From Polyangiales bacterium (GTDB lineage Bacteria; Myxococcota_A; Polyangia; Polyangiales; Ga0077539): DNA of 64,000 bases. Below the pieces are notes generated by a model. That model was given only the letters and a program-made list of their open reading frames with translations. It was not told the origin of the DNA and searched no databases. Location of the stretch: the NCBI GenBank assembly GCA_044229975.1, contig JBGARZ010000001.1, forward strand, positions 992,001 through 1,056,000. The letters are read 5' to 3'. Shown piece by piece: positions 39,381 to 52,341 of the stretch. The position numbers were made by a program, and so were the translations under genes. Numbering within the stretch: position 1 is the first letter of the stretch; each line of letters starts with the position of its first letter.

Positions 39381-40937
39381 ATGACAGGAGCGTTGGCAGC
39401 GGGGCCGAGGACGCCGGTCGACGCCTTTCGTTTGGTGGGCACGCGGCTCGACGGCAAGTACCTCGTCGAGGCGCTGGTCGCCGAAGGGGGCTTCGGCATC
39501 GTGTACCGCTGCGCCCACGCGGACCTTCAGAAGGCCATCGCGCTGAAGGTGTTGAAGATCCCCGGGCACCTCGCGGCGACGGCGAAGGGGGAGTTCTTCA
39601 AGAAGTTCACCAACGAGGCGCGCACCATCGCGCGCATCGAGCACGAGTCCATCGTGCGGGTGCTCGACTTCGGGACGTCCATCATGCCCACCGGCGAGCT
39701 CGCCCCGTGGATGGCCCTGGAGTGGCTCGACGGCGTGACCCTGGAGCGCGACCTCGACCAGCGCACCGCGGCAGGGCCGGGCGGTCGCTCGCCCGCGGAG
39801 GCCCTCGCGCTCATGCACCCGGTCATCGAGGCCGTGGCGCTCGCACACGAAGAGGGCATCGCGCACCGCGACATCAAGCCCGGCAACCTGATGCTGGTGA
39901 CCAACCGCCGCGGCGACGCGCGGATGAAGCTCCTGGATTTCGGCATCGCGAAGGTGATGGCCGACGACGACCGCGCGCCCAGCTCGGGGCAGACCTCGAC
40001 GCAGGCCCACCTCCAGATGTTCTCGCTCGACTACGCCGCGCCCGAGCAGATGAGCGGTACCCGCTCGGGCCCGTGGACGGACGTGCACGCCCTCGGCCTC
40101 GTGCTCTCCGAACTCCTCACCGGCGTGCAGCCCTACGACGGCGAGGACTCCGTCGAGATCTTCTCCGAGGCCCTGAGCCGCCGCCGCCCCACGCCCGCCC
40201 GCCGCGGCCTCGACGTCGGCCCGTGGGAGCCCGTGCTGCTCCGCGCCCTCGCCCTGCGCCCGGCCGATCGCTTCCCCAACGCGGCCGCCTTCCTCAAGGC
40301 GCTGCTCGAAGAGGTCCCGTCGACGGCGGTGTGGCGCGCGTCGATCCAGCCCACGCTGTCACCGCCCGCGTCCGATCCTCCGCCGCAGCCGGCCTCCGAG
40401 CGCCCCGCGAAGATCGAGTCGGTGAAGGCCCCCGCGGTCGCGAAGGCCGCGCCAGCGACCACCGTGAAGGCCGTGGCCGCGCCCGCCGCGGAGGTCCCCG
40501 AGTCGCAGCGCATCACGGCGCTCCTGCCGACGGCGTCGCACGATGACGACGACGAGCCCGTGAAGCTCCCCATCAACCGCGTCGGCGGTCTCGCGTGGGC
40601 GGCGCTGGCGCTCGGCCTCGTCGGCGTCGGCGCGGTGGTGTTCGTCACGCAGCGCGCGCCCGCGGTCGTGCCGAGGCCCGCTCCGTCGGCCGCCGTCGTC
40701 GCACCGGCGCCGCCACCTGCCGTCGTGGCACCCGCGCCACCTGCGCCACCCGTCGTTCCGACCGCTCCGGCTGTCGTCGCGGCGCCGCTGCCCACCGCCG
40801 TGGTCGTCGCTCCGCTGCCGGTGGCCCGGCCCGCGGCGGTCGTCCCCGCTGCGCCGGTCGAGCGTCCGCCAGCGGCGCCCCGCCCGCCCGTGCATCGTCC
40901 TCGATCGCCCTCGTCGGGGCGCATCCCCATCGAGTAG
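39381..40937 (+). CDS. Membrane Ser/Thr protein kinase with a Pro/Ala-rich C-terminal region
   Basis: EGGFGIVY, IALK, HRDIKPGN, DFGIAK, YAAPEQ, TDVHALG. TM segment GLAWAALALGLVGVGAVVFV. Confidence 0.92.
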   Translation: MTGALAAGPRTPVDAFRLVGTRLDGKYLVEALVAEGGFGIVYRCAHADLQKAIALKVLKIPGHLAATAKGEFFKKFTNEARTIARIEHESIVRVLDFGTSIMPTGELAPWMALEWLDGVTLERDLDQRTAAGPGGRSPAEALALMHPVIEAVALAHEEGIAHRDIKPGNLMLVTNRRGDARMKLLDFGIAKVMADDDRAPSSGQTSTQAHLQMFSLDYAAPEQMSGTRSGPWTDVHALGLVLSELLTGVQPYDGEDSVEIFSEALSRRRPTPARRGLDVGPWEPVLLRALALRPADRFPNAAAFLKALLEEVPSTAVWRASIQPTLSPPASDPPPQPASERPAKIESVKAPAVAKAAPATTVKAVAAPAAEVPESQRITALLPTASHDDDDEPVKLPINRVGGLAWAALALGLVGVGAVVFVTQRAPAVVPRPAPSAAVVAPAPPPAVVAPAPPAPPVVPTAPAVVAAPLPTAVVVAPLPVARPAAVVPAAPVERPPAAPRPPVHRPRSPSSGRIPIE

Positions 40938-41061
40938 CGGTCGGCCCCGGTCCCCGTCTCGGGGGCACCGCGAGACTCTGGCGATCGGGCGGCGATGCTC
41001 CTATGGTCTGCCGCCCATCCATACGGTCACCCACCGAACCAACCTTCGAATCAATACCCCC

Positions 41062-43872
<2,811 letters not shown>

Positions 43873-43880
43873 GGAGCTCT

Positions 43881-44273
43881 ATGAGCGACGACCGCCCTGC
43901 CCCGCCCCGTCGGCGTCACGTGCTGGTGATCGACGACGACACCCTCGTGCGCACCTCGCTCGGTCACCTGCTACGGCTCGACCACGAGGTGACGCTCTGC
44001 GGGGCGGCGGAGGAGGCGCTCAAGCTCTTCGTGGATGGAGCGCGCTTCGACGCGGTGCTCTGCGACCTCAACATGCCCGGCATGGACGGCGTCGCCCTCT
44101 ACGACGAGATGGTGACGGCCTTCCCGGAGCAGCTCGGTCGCACCGTGTTTCTGACGGGCGGGGCGTACACGACGCGCTCGCAGGAGTTCCTGGAACGTGT
44201 TCCCAACGAGCACATGGAGAAGCCCTTCGACTTCGAAGCACTGCGCTCGGTGCTCGCCCGGGTGATGGGCTGA
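43881..44273 (+). CDS. Single-domain response regulator
   Basis: AAGGAG RBS. VLVIDDD, LCDLNMP, FLTG, KPF. Confidence 0.9.
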   Translation: MSDDRPAPPRRRHVLVIDDDTLVRTSLGHLLRLDHEVTLCGAAEEALKLFVDGARFDAVLCDLNMPGMDGVALYDEMVTAFPEQLGRTVFLTGGAYTTRSQEFLERVPNEHMEKPFDFEALRSVLARVMG

Positions 44274-44293
44274 GCTGAACGGTCGCCCGGCGA

Positions 44294-44689
44294 CTACTGG
44301 AGGGCGCGCAGCAGGACGCCCACCACCGCGATGAAGAGCGACGCGGCGAAGCCCGTGCGCAGCAGCGCGAAGATGCGACGGAGCTCGGCGAGGGCCGTCA
44401 TCAGGTGGGTGATGTCGCGCCCTTCGGTGTCGACGATCTTGAGCAGCAGCTCCGAGGCGCGGCGCACCCAGAAGCCCGCGATGACCATCGGCGCGCAGAA
44501 GGCCGCGAACACCATCGGCGTCGGGTCGCGGGCGGCGCTCGCGACGAAGACGCCCACGTAGAGAATCGCGACGATGGCCAGCGCCATCAGCACCAGGCCC
44601 GCGACGCTCATCACGCCCGCGAGGTCGCGGATGACGACGTTTTGATCAGCGGAGAACTCGTACTCGGACTTCTCGGCGGGCTCGGACAT
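44294..44689 (-). CDS. Small membrane protein with about three TM segments
   Basis: GAGGAG RBS. YEFSADQN, three hydrophobic helices, IVDTEGRDITHLM. Confidence 0.65.
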   Translation of the reverse strand: MSEPAEKSEYEFSADQNVVIRDLAGVMSVAGLVLMALAIVAILYVGVFVASAARDPTPMVFAAFCAPMVIAGFWVRRASELLLKIVDTEGRDITHLMTALAELRRIFALLRTGFAASLFIAVVGVLLRALQ

Positions 44690-44768
44690 CGGTGGACTCC
44701 TCGCGGCTGCGGGGCTGCAGCGACGGCGGAGGATACACAGGCCGATGTGAGGGGAGAGAGGAAGCGGC

Positions 44769-45464
44769 TCAGTCGGCGGGCGGGACGAAGTCGGCGCCGG
44801 CCTGGAAGAGACCGGCGACCGCGCCGAGGCCGATGCCGAGGAGGACGAGGAACAGCGCGATGGAGAAGACCTGCATGCGGCGCTGGGCCTTCGGCGAGGC
44901 CGCGAGGCCGTGGATGAAGGTCGCGGTGTACACCCCGTTGGCGAGGTGGAATGTCGTCCCCAGCACGCCGAGGATGTAGACCACCAGCGTCGGCGGGTGA
45001 TGGCGCATGTGGGCCGCGAGGTCTTCGAAGCTCTCGTGCCCGGTGGGGCTGTGCAGCGCCGGGCTGATGCGCGCGAGGTAGACGTGCGCCCCGATGAACC
45101 CCAGGAGCCCCAGCGCCGAGAGCCGCTGCAGCACGTACTTCGCGTTGCCGAAGAACTTGTACCCGTTGGGCTTCGTCATGGAGAGGCGGCGCAGGCCCCA
45201 CACGAGGTGGATGAGCAGCGGCGCGAACACCACGATGCTCACCAGCGCCGAGCTCACCGGGTTGCCGGTGTACGTGGGGCCGGTGGCCGTCACGCTCGTG
45301 TCGACGACACGCTCGGACCACGCGGCCGCGCCGCGCCAGGAGTAGAGGTTTTCCCACAGGTGCCACGCCACCCAGACGCCCAGGGGCGCGATGGCGAGGA
45401 CGGAGCCAAGTCGGGGAAAGAGGCCGCCCTGAGGGGGCGTGGTTTCGGCAACCGCTTCGGACAT
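44769..45464 (-). CDS. sdhC: Succinate dehydrogenase cytochrome b558-like membrane subunit
   Basis: Five TM segments with four His spaced as in Bacillus-type SdhC: WHLWEN, IHLVWG, LQRLS...AHV, FHLANG. Confidence 0.65.
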   Translation of the reverse strand: MSEAVAETTPPQGGLFPRLGSVLAIAPLGVWVAWHLWENLYSWRGAAAWSERVVDTSVTATGPTYTGNPVSSALVSIVVFAPLLIHLVWGLRRLSMTKPNGYKFFGNAKYVLQRLSALGLLGFIGAHVYLARISPALHSPTGHESFEDLAAHMRHHPPTLVVYILGVLGTTFHLANGVYTATFIHGLAASPKAQRRMQVFSIALFLVLLGIGLGAVAGLFQAGADFVPPAD

Positions 45465-45567
45465 CGTCGCGCTCTCCGTCAGTCGCGCGTGCGGCCCGTG
45501 GATGAGCCCGTCGCGCGCGGCGGAACAAACCACGAACCCAAGGGCTCGCGCAACCAGCGATCTAGGG

Positions 45568-46494
45568 TCACATCCAGCGGGTGGTAGAGCGCGCGTCGCC
45601 GTTGCGGAAGGCCACGGCGCGGGAGGCAGTCACGCGCTGGTCGCGATGCTCGACCCGACCGTCGTGCGAGACCGCGAAGCCCACCGAGTAGGCCCGACCG
45701 TCCCAGCGCACCGAATCGACGTTGTCGACGGGCTCACCCTCGGCGAGGAGCTGCCCGGCGTCGAGCCGATGGCCCTGCGCGTCGACGCGGGTGAAGTACA
45801 CGCCCTCGCGAAGCTGCGCAGCGAGACCAAACTCACGGCCATTGAACACCAGCCGCGCCGAGCGCGGGTCGGCGAGACCGTCGTGGATGATGGTCGCCGC
45901 GCCCCGCGGAGCGCCGTCAGCACCCACCAACTGAAAGCGCACCCGACCGTTTTCCGCATCGACCCAGGCGACGCCAAACGCATCACCCGCAGCGACCACG
46001 GCCGGGGCCGAGAGCCCCTCTTCTTCACTCACCAGCGCACGAACGCGAACCGGCGACGCGACCCCGGTGCCCTGCGCGTCGGTGACGGCGAACCACATGC
46101 CCTCGCCGTCGTGCCAGGCGGCGCCGAGGCGCTGGGCGGTGCGGGCGGTGGCGATGTCTTGATGGTTGGCGTCGGGGACGAAGGTCACGCCGTCGGGGCC
46201 GGGACGGGTGTGCGGGAGGGCGTCGACCGGAGCATTGGCGGGCGGCGTCGCGGGGCGGAGGGCCGCGAGGTCGGGCGCGCGCTGCGTGATGGACGCGCTC
46301 TCATCGAGGGTGAGCCGGGGACTGCGGGACGGGCGCTCTGCAAGGGCCCCCTGGGCGCCTTCTCCTACCGCGCGCTGAACGCGTGCGACGGAGCGCTGGA
46401 CCTCCGGACGATCGGCGCACCCGGCGAAGAGCGACGCGCTGGCGACGCAGAGTCCGACGAGGGCGAAGGTGGTTCGGTTGGAGCGAAGATGCAT
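45568..46494 (-). CDS. Lipoprotein with beta-repeat structure
   Basis: Lipobox FAGC. Repeating xGxAW...Fxx(x)DAxG units. Confidence 0.6.
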   Translation of the reverse strand: MHLRSNRTTFALVGLCVASASLFAGCADRPEVQRSVARVQRAVGEGAQGALAERPSRSPRLTLDESASITQRAPDLAALRPATPPANAPVDALPHTRPGPDGVTFVPDANHQDIATARTAQRLGAAWHDGEGMWFAVTDAQGTGVASPVRVRALVSEEEGLSAPAVVAAGDAFGVAWVDAENGRVRFQLVGADGAPRGAATIIHDGLADPRSARLVFNGREFGLAAQLREGVYFTRVDAQGHRLDAGQLLAEGEPVDNVDSVRWDGRAYSVGFAVSHDGRVEHRDQRVTASRAVAFRNGDARSTTRWM

Positions 46495-46627
46495 GAACGG
46501 CCTCACTGGGTAACAGAGCGTCAACGGCAACTAAGCAACAGCCCGTGACCGTAACCTTGCGATCGCAGGCTGGCAAAGGGGGCCGTGGACGTTTGGTGGT
46601 TGGTGGTAGGTTCGCCAACCCCAACCC

Positions 46628-49000
46628 ATGCCCACGGTATCTCGCGGCCTCGCCCTCGCGGTGCTCGCCCTCGTCTCTGCGACCACCGTCGCCGCCGAGG
46701 TGCTCCTCACGCGCGCTCTCTCCGTTACGACCTGGTACGGCCTCGCCTTCGTCGTGCTCTCGCTCGCGATGCTCGGCCTCACGCGCGGCTCGCTCGACGC
46801 CGACGCCGCGTCGCGCGCTCGCGAGCCCATCGGCCCGTGGATCGCCCAGCGTCTCCTCGCCCTCTCGCTCGGCCTCGCGCTCACCGTGGCCGTCGTCGTG
46901 TCGGTGCCGCTCACCTTCTCGCTCAACCTCTCGTCCCTCGCGGCGCTCCTCGTCGTGAGCGGCGCCGCGGCCGTTCCCCTCGTCGCGGGCGGCGCCATCG
47001 TCGCGCGCCTCCTCGCGGACACCGAGGTCCCCTCGCCCGTGCTCTACGCCGTCGACCTCGGCGCCGCCGCGCTCGGGGCGCTCGCGCCGCTCGTCCTGCT
47101 CGGTCCCTTCGGTGCGCCCGACGCGCTCGTGCTGCTCGGCGGCCTCTGCGCCGCCGCGGCGTGGGCCGTCGCCGCGCCCGGTGACCCCACGCGTCGACGC
47201 GCCATCGCCATGGCCATCGCCTCGCTGATCGTTGCCTTCTTCGCGCGCCACTCCGACGCCGGCCTCGTCATCCGCTACCCCAAGGGAGCTCCGCGCAACG
47301 AACGTGAAGTCGCCGCCTTCGAGGCGTGGACCCCGCTCGCGTACGTCCGCCTCGGGGCCTTCCGCCCGGTGCCCCACTGGCACCTCTGGTCCCCTTCGCC
47401 GAATACACCGCCCGGTATGGTCGAGGCCGCCGACGCCACCCTCGACGGCGAGGCCGCCACCCCCGTCTACGCGTGGCAGACGCCCGCGCAGCTCAACATC
47501 CTCCGCTTCGACGCAACCACCTCCGCGCACGTCCTCCGCCCCACCGGGACCGCCTGCGTCATCGGCGTCGGCGGCGGGCGCGACCTCATCGCCGCCCTCG
47601 CCGTGGGCCACGACCGCGTGCTCGGCGCGGAGATCAACCCCGGCATCGTCGCGATGCTCGGCGCCGTCCGTCGCCGCTCGCCCACCCTCAACGACCCGCG
47701 CGTCACCGTGCGCCTCGGCGACGGTCGCGCCCTCTACGCCCGCTCGCGCGTCCACTGCAACGTGCTCCAGGCGTCGCTCGTCGACACCTGGGCCGCCACC
47801 TCCGCGGGCGCCTTCGCGCACACCGAAGCCACGCTCTACACCCGCGAGGCGTGGTCCATCTTCTTGCGCCGCGTGGCGCCCGCCGGGGTGCTCACCTTCT
47901 CGCGCTGGTATGACCCGCGCCGCGTGAGCGAGACCGCCCGCCTCGTCGCCCTCGCCGTCGCCTCCCTCCACGACCGCGGCGTCGCGCGCCCCCGCGAGCA
48001 CCTCGCCCTCGTCGCCGCGGGCAACGTCGCCACCATCCTCGTCAGCCCGGCGCCCTTCAGTGCGTCGGACATCGCAGCGCTCCATGACCTGGAAACACGT
48101 CTGCGCTTCACGCTGCTCGTCACGCCCGACCGGCCTGTCACCGAGCCGCTCATCGACGCCATCCTCAACGCGCGCAACGACGAGGCCCTCGCCGCCGTCG
48201 GTCGTCCGCTCGGGCTCGACACCTCGGCGCCCACCGACGAGCGACCGTTCTTCTTCCAGCTCCTCTCGGCGCGCGCGTGGCTCCACCCGGTCGTCGCGCT
48301 GGGGCTCGCCCGCGGATCGGCAGGGGTCATCACCGGCAATGCCACGGCGATGTTCGAGCTGCTCGCCACCTTCGCCGTGGTGCTGCTCGTCGCCGCGTGG
48401 CTGCTCGGCCCCGCGCTCGTCCGTTCGGCCCGCGACCCGGAGCGCCCGCAGGGCCGTGCCCTCGTCTACTTCGCCGCCCTCGGCGCCGGCTACATGACCG
48501 CCGAGCTCGCGCTCGTGCAGCGGCTCCATGTCGTCCTCGGGCACCCCACCTACGCGCTCATCGTGGCCCTCGCGGGGATGCTCGTCGCCACCGGCGTCGG
48601 CGCGCTGCTCTCGCCGCGCGTGCTGCGCACCAACCGCCACGTCACCGTCGCCGCCGTGCTCGCTGCGATCGCGCTCGTCGCCCTCCCGTACGCGGTGCTG
48701 CGCCCCCTCGCCCGCGCCACGCTCGAAGGCGCCGAGACGCTCCGCTTCGGCGGCGCGGCGGCCTGCGCGGCGGTCGTCGGGTTGATGCTCGGGCTCTTCT
48801 TCCCCGCGGGACTGAAGGCGTTGCCGAAGCGCGAAGGCGCGGCGTTGGCCCTGGCCGTCAACGGCGCGAGCAGCGTGCTCGGGTCGGTGCTCGCGACCAC
48901 GCTGTCGGTGTGGTTCGGCATCCCGGCGACCTTCGCGGCCGCTGGGGCGATCTACCTCGTCGCGGCCTGGGCCTCACCCGCGCGCTGGCGCGCCGAGTGA
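46628..49000 (+). CDS. Membrane-embedded spermidine-synthase-like SAM-binding protein
   Basis: N- and C-terminal TM blocks (LYAVDLGAAALG; LAVNGASSVLG). CVIGVGGGRD, AEINP, GDGR, ATLYTREA, PTDERPFF. Confidence 0.8.
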   Translation: MPTVSRGLALAVLALVSATTVAAEVLLTRALSVTTWYGLAFVVLSLAMLGLTRGSLDADAASRAREPIGPWIAQRLLALSLGLALTVAVVVSVPLTFSLNLSSLAALLVVSGAAAVPLVAGGAIVARLLADTEVPSPVLYAVDLGAAALGALAPLVLLGPFGAPDALVLLGGLCAAAAWAVAAPGDPTRRRAIAMAIASLIVAFFARHSDAGLVIRYPKGAPRNEREVAAFEAWTPLAYVRLGAFRPVPHWHLWSPSPNTPPGMVEAADATLDGEAATPVYAWQTPAQLNILRFDATTSAHVLRPTGTACVIGVGGGRDLIAALAVGHDRVLGAEINPGIVAMLGAVRRRSPTLNDPRVTVRLGDGRALYARSRVHCNVLQASLVDTWAATSAGAFAHTEATLYTREAWSIFLRRVAPAGVLTFSRWYDPRRVSETARLVALAVASLHDRGVARPREHLALVAAGNVATILVSPAPFSASDIAALHDLETRLRFTLLVTPDRPVTEPLIDAILNARNDEALAAVGRPLGLDTSAPTDERPFFFQLLSARAWLHPVVALGLARGSAGVITGNATAMFELLATFAVVLLVAAWLLGPALVRSARDPERPQGRALVYFAALGAGYMTAELALVQRLHVVLGHPTYALIVALAGMLVATGVGALLSPRVLRTNRHVTVAAVLAAIALVALPYAVLRPLARATLEGAETLRFGGAAACAAVVGLMLGLFFPAGLKALPKREGAALALAVNGASSVLGSVLATTLSVWFGIPATFAAAGAIYLVAAWASPARWRAE

Positions 49001-49809
49001 CGGCGCACGTTGAGCGGCGCCCCTCGTAGCGGCTCGGCTCCGCGCGGCACCACGAACTGATCCATGTTGATGATGGCGTACGGCGCCTGTCCGCTCGCGA
49101 CGAGCTCGGCGTTGCGACGCGCGACCACCGACATGATCTGCGGAAACGCCCGCACGCTCCACGGTCGCGTGTCGTGCATGAGCACCACGCCGCCGCGCGG
49201 ATGCTCCAGGAGTTCTTGCCGGAAGCGCGCGGTGACGGCCTCGGCCGAGGTGACCTCCCAGTCGTGGGTGTCGATCATCCAGTACGCCGGCGTGAGGTTG
49301 CGCGCCGCGACGGCCCCGAGGCTGCGCGGCGCGGTGAGCATCCCGAAGGGCGCGCGGAAGAGCGCGGGTCGCCTCCCGGTGGACTGCGCGACGAGATCGG
49401 CGGTGCGGTCGATCTCGTAGTCGATCTGCCGCGGTCGGAGATTGCCCAGCACGACGTGGTGGTAGGTGTGGTTGCCCAGCAGGTGACCGCGCCGGACGAT
49501 GTCCCGCAGCAGCGCTCGCTGCGCCCGGTGGTGCGGCTCTTCGCCGTCGATGCGGTGGCCCACCACGAAGAACGTCGCCCGCACATGGTGCGCGTCGAGC
49601 ATGTCGAGGAGGCGCGGCGTGGTGACGATCTCCGGGCCGTCGTCGAAGGTGAACGTCAGGCAGCGCGGATAGCGCGGCGGGCATCGGCCGTCGATGTGCT
49701 GGCCACCGAGCAGCGAGCGGCGCACGGGCGTCGGCGTGGCCTGCGCGAAGGGCAGCGCGGCGACGAGGGCGAGAGGGAGGAGGAGGGAGGCGAGGCGGCG
49801 GGCGCTCAC
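48952..49809 (-). CDS. Polysaccharide deacetylase (CE4/NodB), exported
   Basis: Signal peptide. TFDDGP, ATFFVVG, GNHTYHH, FRAPFG, DTHDW, VLMHD. Confidence 0.92.
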   Translation of the reverse strand: MSARRLASLLLPLALVAALPFAQATPTPVRRSLLGGQHIDGRCPPRYPRCLTFTFDDGPEIVTTPRLLDMLDAHHVRATFFVVGHRIDGEEPHHRAQRALLRDIVRRGHLLGNHTYHHVVLGNLRPRQIDYEIDRTADLVAQSTGRRPALFRAPFGMLTAPRSLGAVAARNLTPAYWMIDTHDWEVTSAEAVTARFRQELLEHPRGGVVLMHDTRPWSVRAFPQIMSVVARRNAELVASGQAPYAIINMDQFVVPRGAEPLRGAPLNVRRHSARQRAGEAQAATR

Positions 49810-49862
49810 ACGGGGGAAGCTATGCGCTCACCCCGCGCGGCGCGGAGTTTCTGGCGGAACGC

Positions 49863-51332
49863 TCAGGGAGCGGGCGGGGTGACGCCGATGGTGAGGTAGT
49901 ACGCCTCGATGGGCGTTCCCTCGGTCTCGCCCATGGCGAGGTACGGCGAGACGCAGACGACGTAGGTGCCACCCGGAACGCGCGTGACCGGCGTGGTGCC
50001 GCTGATGCGCGAGCAGACGTTGGCCGAGCTGATGTCGTCGTTGGTGGCGATGGCCGCCGCGGTGCCCTGGCGGTAGATGTTCACGACGGTGTCTTCGCCG
50101 TCACCCAGATCGCAGGCGCCGTTGGCGTCGCTGGTCTCGGCGTAGAGCGTCGCGCCCGTCGGGACGGTGACCGAGTAGCAGTCGACGTCGGTGCCGGTCG
50201 CGAGCGCGCCGCGGTAGACCGTGGTCGTCGTGGTGGCCGCCTGCGGGGCCATCGCGCTGTTGTTGGGCTCGGTCTCCATCGTCGGAGCGATGCAGAGGCG
50301 CGCGGCGGCCGGGGCGCCCGCGTCGGCCGCGACACCCGCGTCGCCGCTCACGGCGCCGCCGGGGGTGGCGTAGTTGGGGCAGAAGGCCATCGACGCGCAG
50401 ACCGCGGTGGTGCCGCAGGCTTCGCCAACCGCGACGGTGCGGCGGCAGATGCCCCGCGTGGCCATCGACGGCGTCGCGACCGAGCAGCTGAACGCGCCGT
50501 CGCAGAAGGGCGCGGTGGCGCGGCAGGCGGCGCCGGGGGCGGTGCCGTCGGCGGTGCAGACACCCGAGTTCATCGCCGTGGCGCCGACGCAGATGCTGCC
50601 GGTGGCGCACACGTCACCGAGCGGGCAGGGCATGCCGATGGGGATGGGCGGCGCCTCGCGAACCGTGAGCTGGAAGGCGCCGGTCAAGGCGCCCTTCGAG
50701 TTCGCGCCCCAACCACCGACGACGATGAACACCGTCTGGCCGGCGGTGAGCGCCGTCGAGGTGCGCGCGGTGGAGGTCAACATGCCGCCCGTGTCGTCGT
50801 TGCAGGCGAGCGGGGTCGCGTTGGCGGTGCAGGTCGGAAGGATGGCAACCACGGTGTCGAAGTCCGTGGCCGCGCCGACAGTGGACGCCGTGAGGAGGCC
50901 CGCGGTGCGGGTGGTGTAGCGGTAGACGATGGTCGCGCCCTTGGCGCCGTCGCCGCCCGAGGTCTGGCCAAGGCAGCCGCCCTCGGAGGCGAGACCGAGG
51001 TTGCCGATCTGCACGGCCGCGCCGTCGGTGTTGTCGCCCATCACGCGGATGGAGCCGTCGGCGCCGGGGGTCATCGTGGAGAGGTCGATCGCGGCGGCAC
51101 AGGTCGCGGCGACCAGGTTGCCCGCGTCGACGCGCTGAACGTCCGTCGCCGGGCGATCGCCCGCGGTGTCGGTGCCCTGCACGTCATTGGCGGTCTGCAC
51201 GTCCATCGCGCCGCCCATGTCCGTGGTCACGCCCGAGTCCACCGCCGGGGTGTTGCCGCCGTCGCTGCTGCAGGCTGCCAGGAGCCCGGTCGCGAACATC
51301 GTCGCGAGCAATCCACGCAAGTTGGTCTTCAT
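49863..51332 (-). CDS. Cys-rich lipoprotein with two PPC-like domains
   Basis: GGAGG RBS. Lipobox LAAC. DFDTVV...LACNDD, Cys repeats, ETEPNN, DVDCY, TNDD. Confidence 0.8.
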   Translation of the reverse strand: MKTNLRGLLATMFATGLLAACSSDGGNTPAVDSGVTTDMGGAMDVQTANDVQGTDTAGDRPATDVQRVDAGNLVAATCAAAIDLSTMTPGADGSIRVMGDNTDGAAVQIGNLGLASEGGCLGQTSGGDGAKGATIVYRYTTRTAGLLTASTVGAATDFDTVVAILPTCTANATPLACNDDTGGMLTSTARTSTALTAGQTVFIVVGGWGANSKGALTGAFQLTVREAPPIPIGMPCPLGDVCATGSICVGATAMNSGVCTADGTAPGAACRATAPFCDGAFSCSVATPSMATRGICRRTVAVGEACGTTAVCASMAFCPNYATPGGAVSGDAGVAADAGAPAAARLCIAPTMETEPNNSAMAPQAATTTTTVYRGALATGTDVDCYSVTVPTGATLYAETSDANGACDLGDGEDTVVNIYRQGTAAAIATNDDISSANVCSRISGTTPVTRVPGGTYVVCVSPYLAMGETEGTPIEAYYLTIGVTPPAP

Positions 51333-51444
51333 TGAGAGTCCTCCATCGAAGGGATTTCCAGTCGGTGGCTCTGAGAAACCACGACCAAGGAAGCGCTCCC
51401 TTTCGCACGCGGCTACCCCGACCGTCAATCCGGTGGACGCGTGG

Positions 51445-52341
51445 TTACTCGACGGTGACAGACATCCGACAGCCGCTCGACCCACCGTGCCCATCGCGCA
51501 AGAACAACCACAGGCTCTGCGTGCCCGCGTGCTCGGACGGGTACCACTCGTTGTCGCGCGTCGGTGCGCGGGTGAGCCCCCGCGCCAGCGACCCGTTGGT
51601 CGCGTACCACGAGTAAAACGCCTGCTCGGTGCGCTCGTCGAAGGTGCCTACCGCGGTGAGCACCGTGAAGCGCTCCGTCCACGACTCGTTGGGATCAGGC
51701 ACCAGCGTCACGCGCTGCCCCCGCGGCACGCGCAGCCCATCGCCCTGCTCGGGCACGCAGTCGGGACCTCCCGTCGCGGGCACCGACACCCAGCGCCCGT
51801 TGACCTGCACGCGCGGGGTCGGCGGGTTGCGGTTGGGCCGCGGGTTGAGCGACACCACCACGCGCTTGTAGCCCTCCACGGTGCGCCCATCGGCCTCGAT
51901 GGTGAGCCCGACGCCGACGATCACGCCCACGTCGCGGAGGTAGCGCTCCACCAGCTCGCGCGGCGCCCGATCGCCGAAGCGCGCGAGCAGCTGATCGACG
52001 TCGACGCTCGCGGGCGGAATGACCAGCGTCGCCTCCTCGCCGCTACCCAGCGGAATCACGCGACCCGCGTCGCCCGTGCAGCCGGACTCGGAGGTTCCGG
52101 CGCCGAAGCCACCGTTGCCGGAGAGCGCGTCGAGGCCCGCGCAGGTGACCCAGCGGTAGCGCACCGGCCCCGTGATGCCGCCGAGCACGGCGCGGATGCG
52201 CACGGTGCTACCGGGGTTGACCTCAGGGGGGTCGGCGATGATGTCGAGGATGCGCGGCGAGACGACGATCTCCTTGGGGGCGAGGTCGCCGATGCAGCCG
52301 AGGGATACGGTGGCGCAGAGCGCCCATCGGAGAGAGCGCAT
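51445..52341 (-). CDS. Lipoprotein, probable partner of the TonB-dependent receptor
   Basis: TGATG overlap with the receptor stop. Lipobox SLGC. PRILDIIADPPE, NRNP, FYSWYAT.G, LRDGHGG. Confidence 0.75.
   Translation of the reverse strand: MRSLRWALCATVSLGCIGDLAPKEIVVSPRILDIIADPPEVNPGSTVRIRAVLGGITGPVRYRWVTCAGLDALSGNGGFGAGTSESGCTGDAGRVIPLGSGEEATLVIPPASVDVDQLLARFGDRAPRELVERYLRDVGVIVGVGLTIEADGRTVEGYKRVVVSLNPRPNRNPPTPRVQVNGRWVSVPATGGPDCVPEQGDGLRVPRGQRVTLVPDPNESWTERFTVLTAVGTFDERTEQAFYSWYATNGSLARGLTRAPTRDNEWYPSEHAGTQSLWLFLRDGHGGSSGCRMSVTVE

Noticed and set aside
46495..46627. Lower-GC intergenic region as a sigma-54 promoter or riboswitch
   Set aside because: I found no correctly spaced GG-N10-GC with consensus flanks and no recognisable aptamer. 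It is probably an ordinary divergent promoter (TGG-TAGGTT box).
51333..51444. Leader hairpin as a c-di-GMP riboswitch
   Set aside because: Only one modest hairpin. The GEMM consensus elements are missing.
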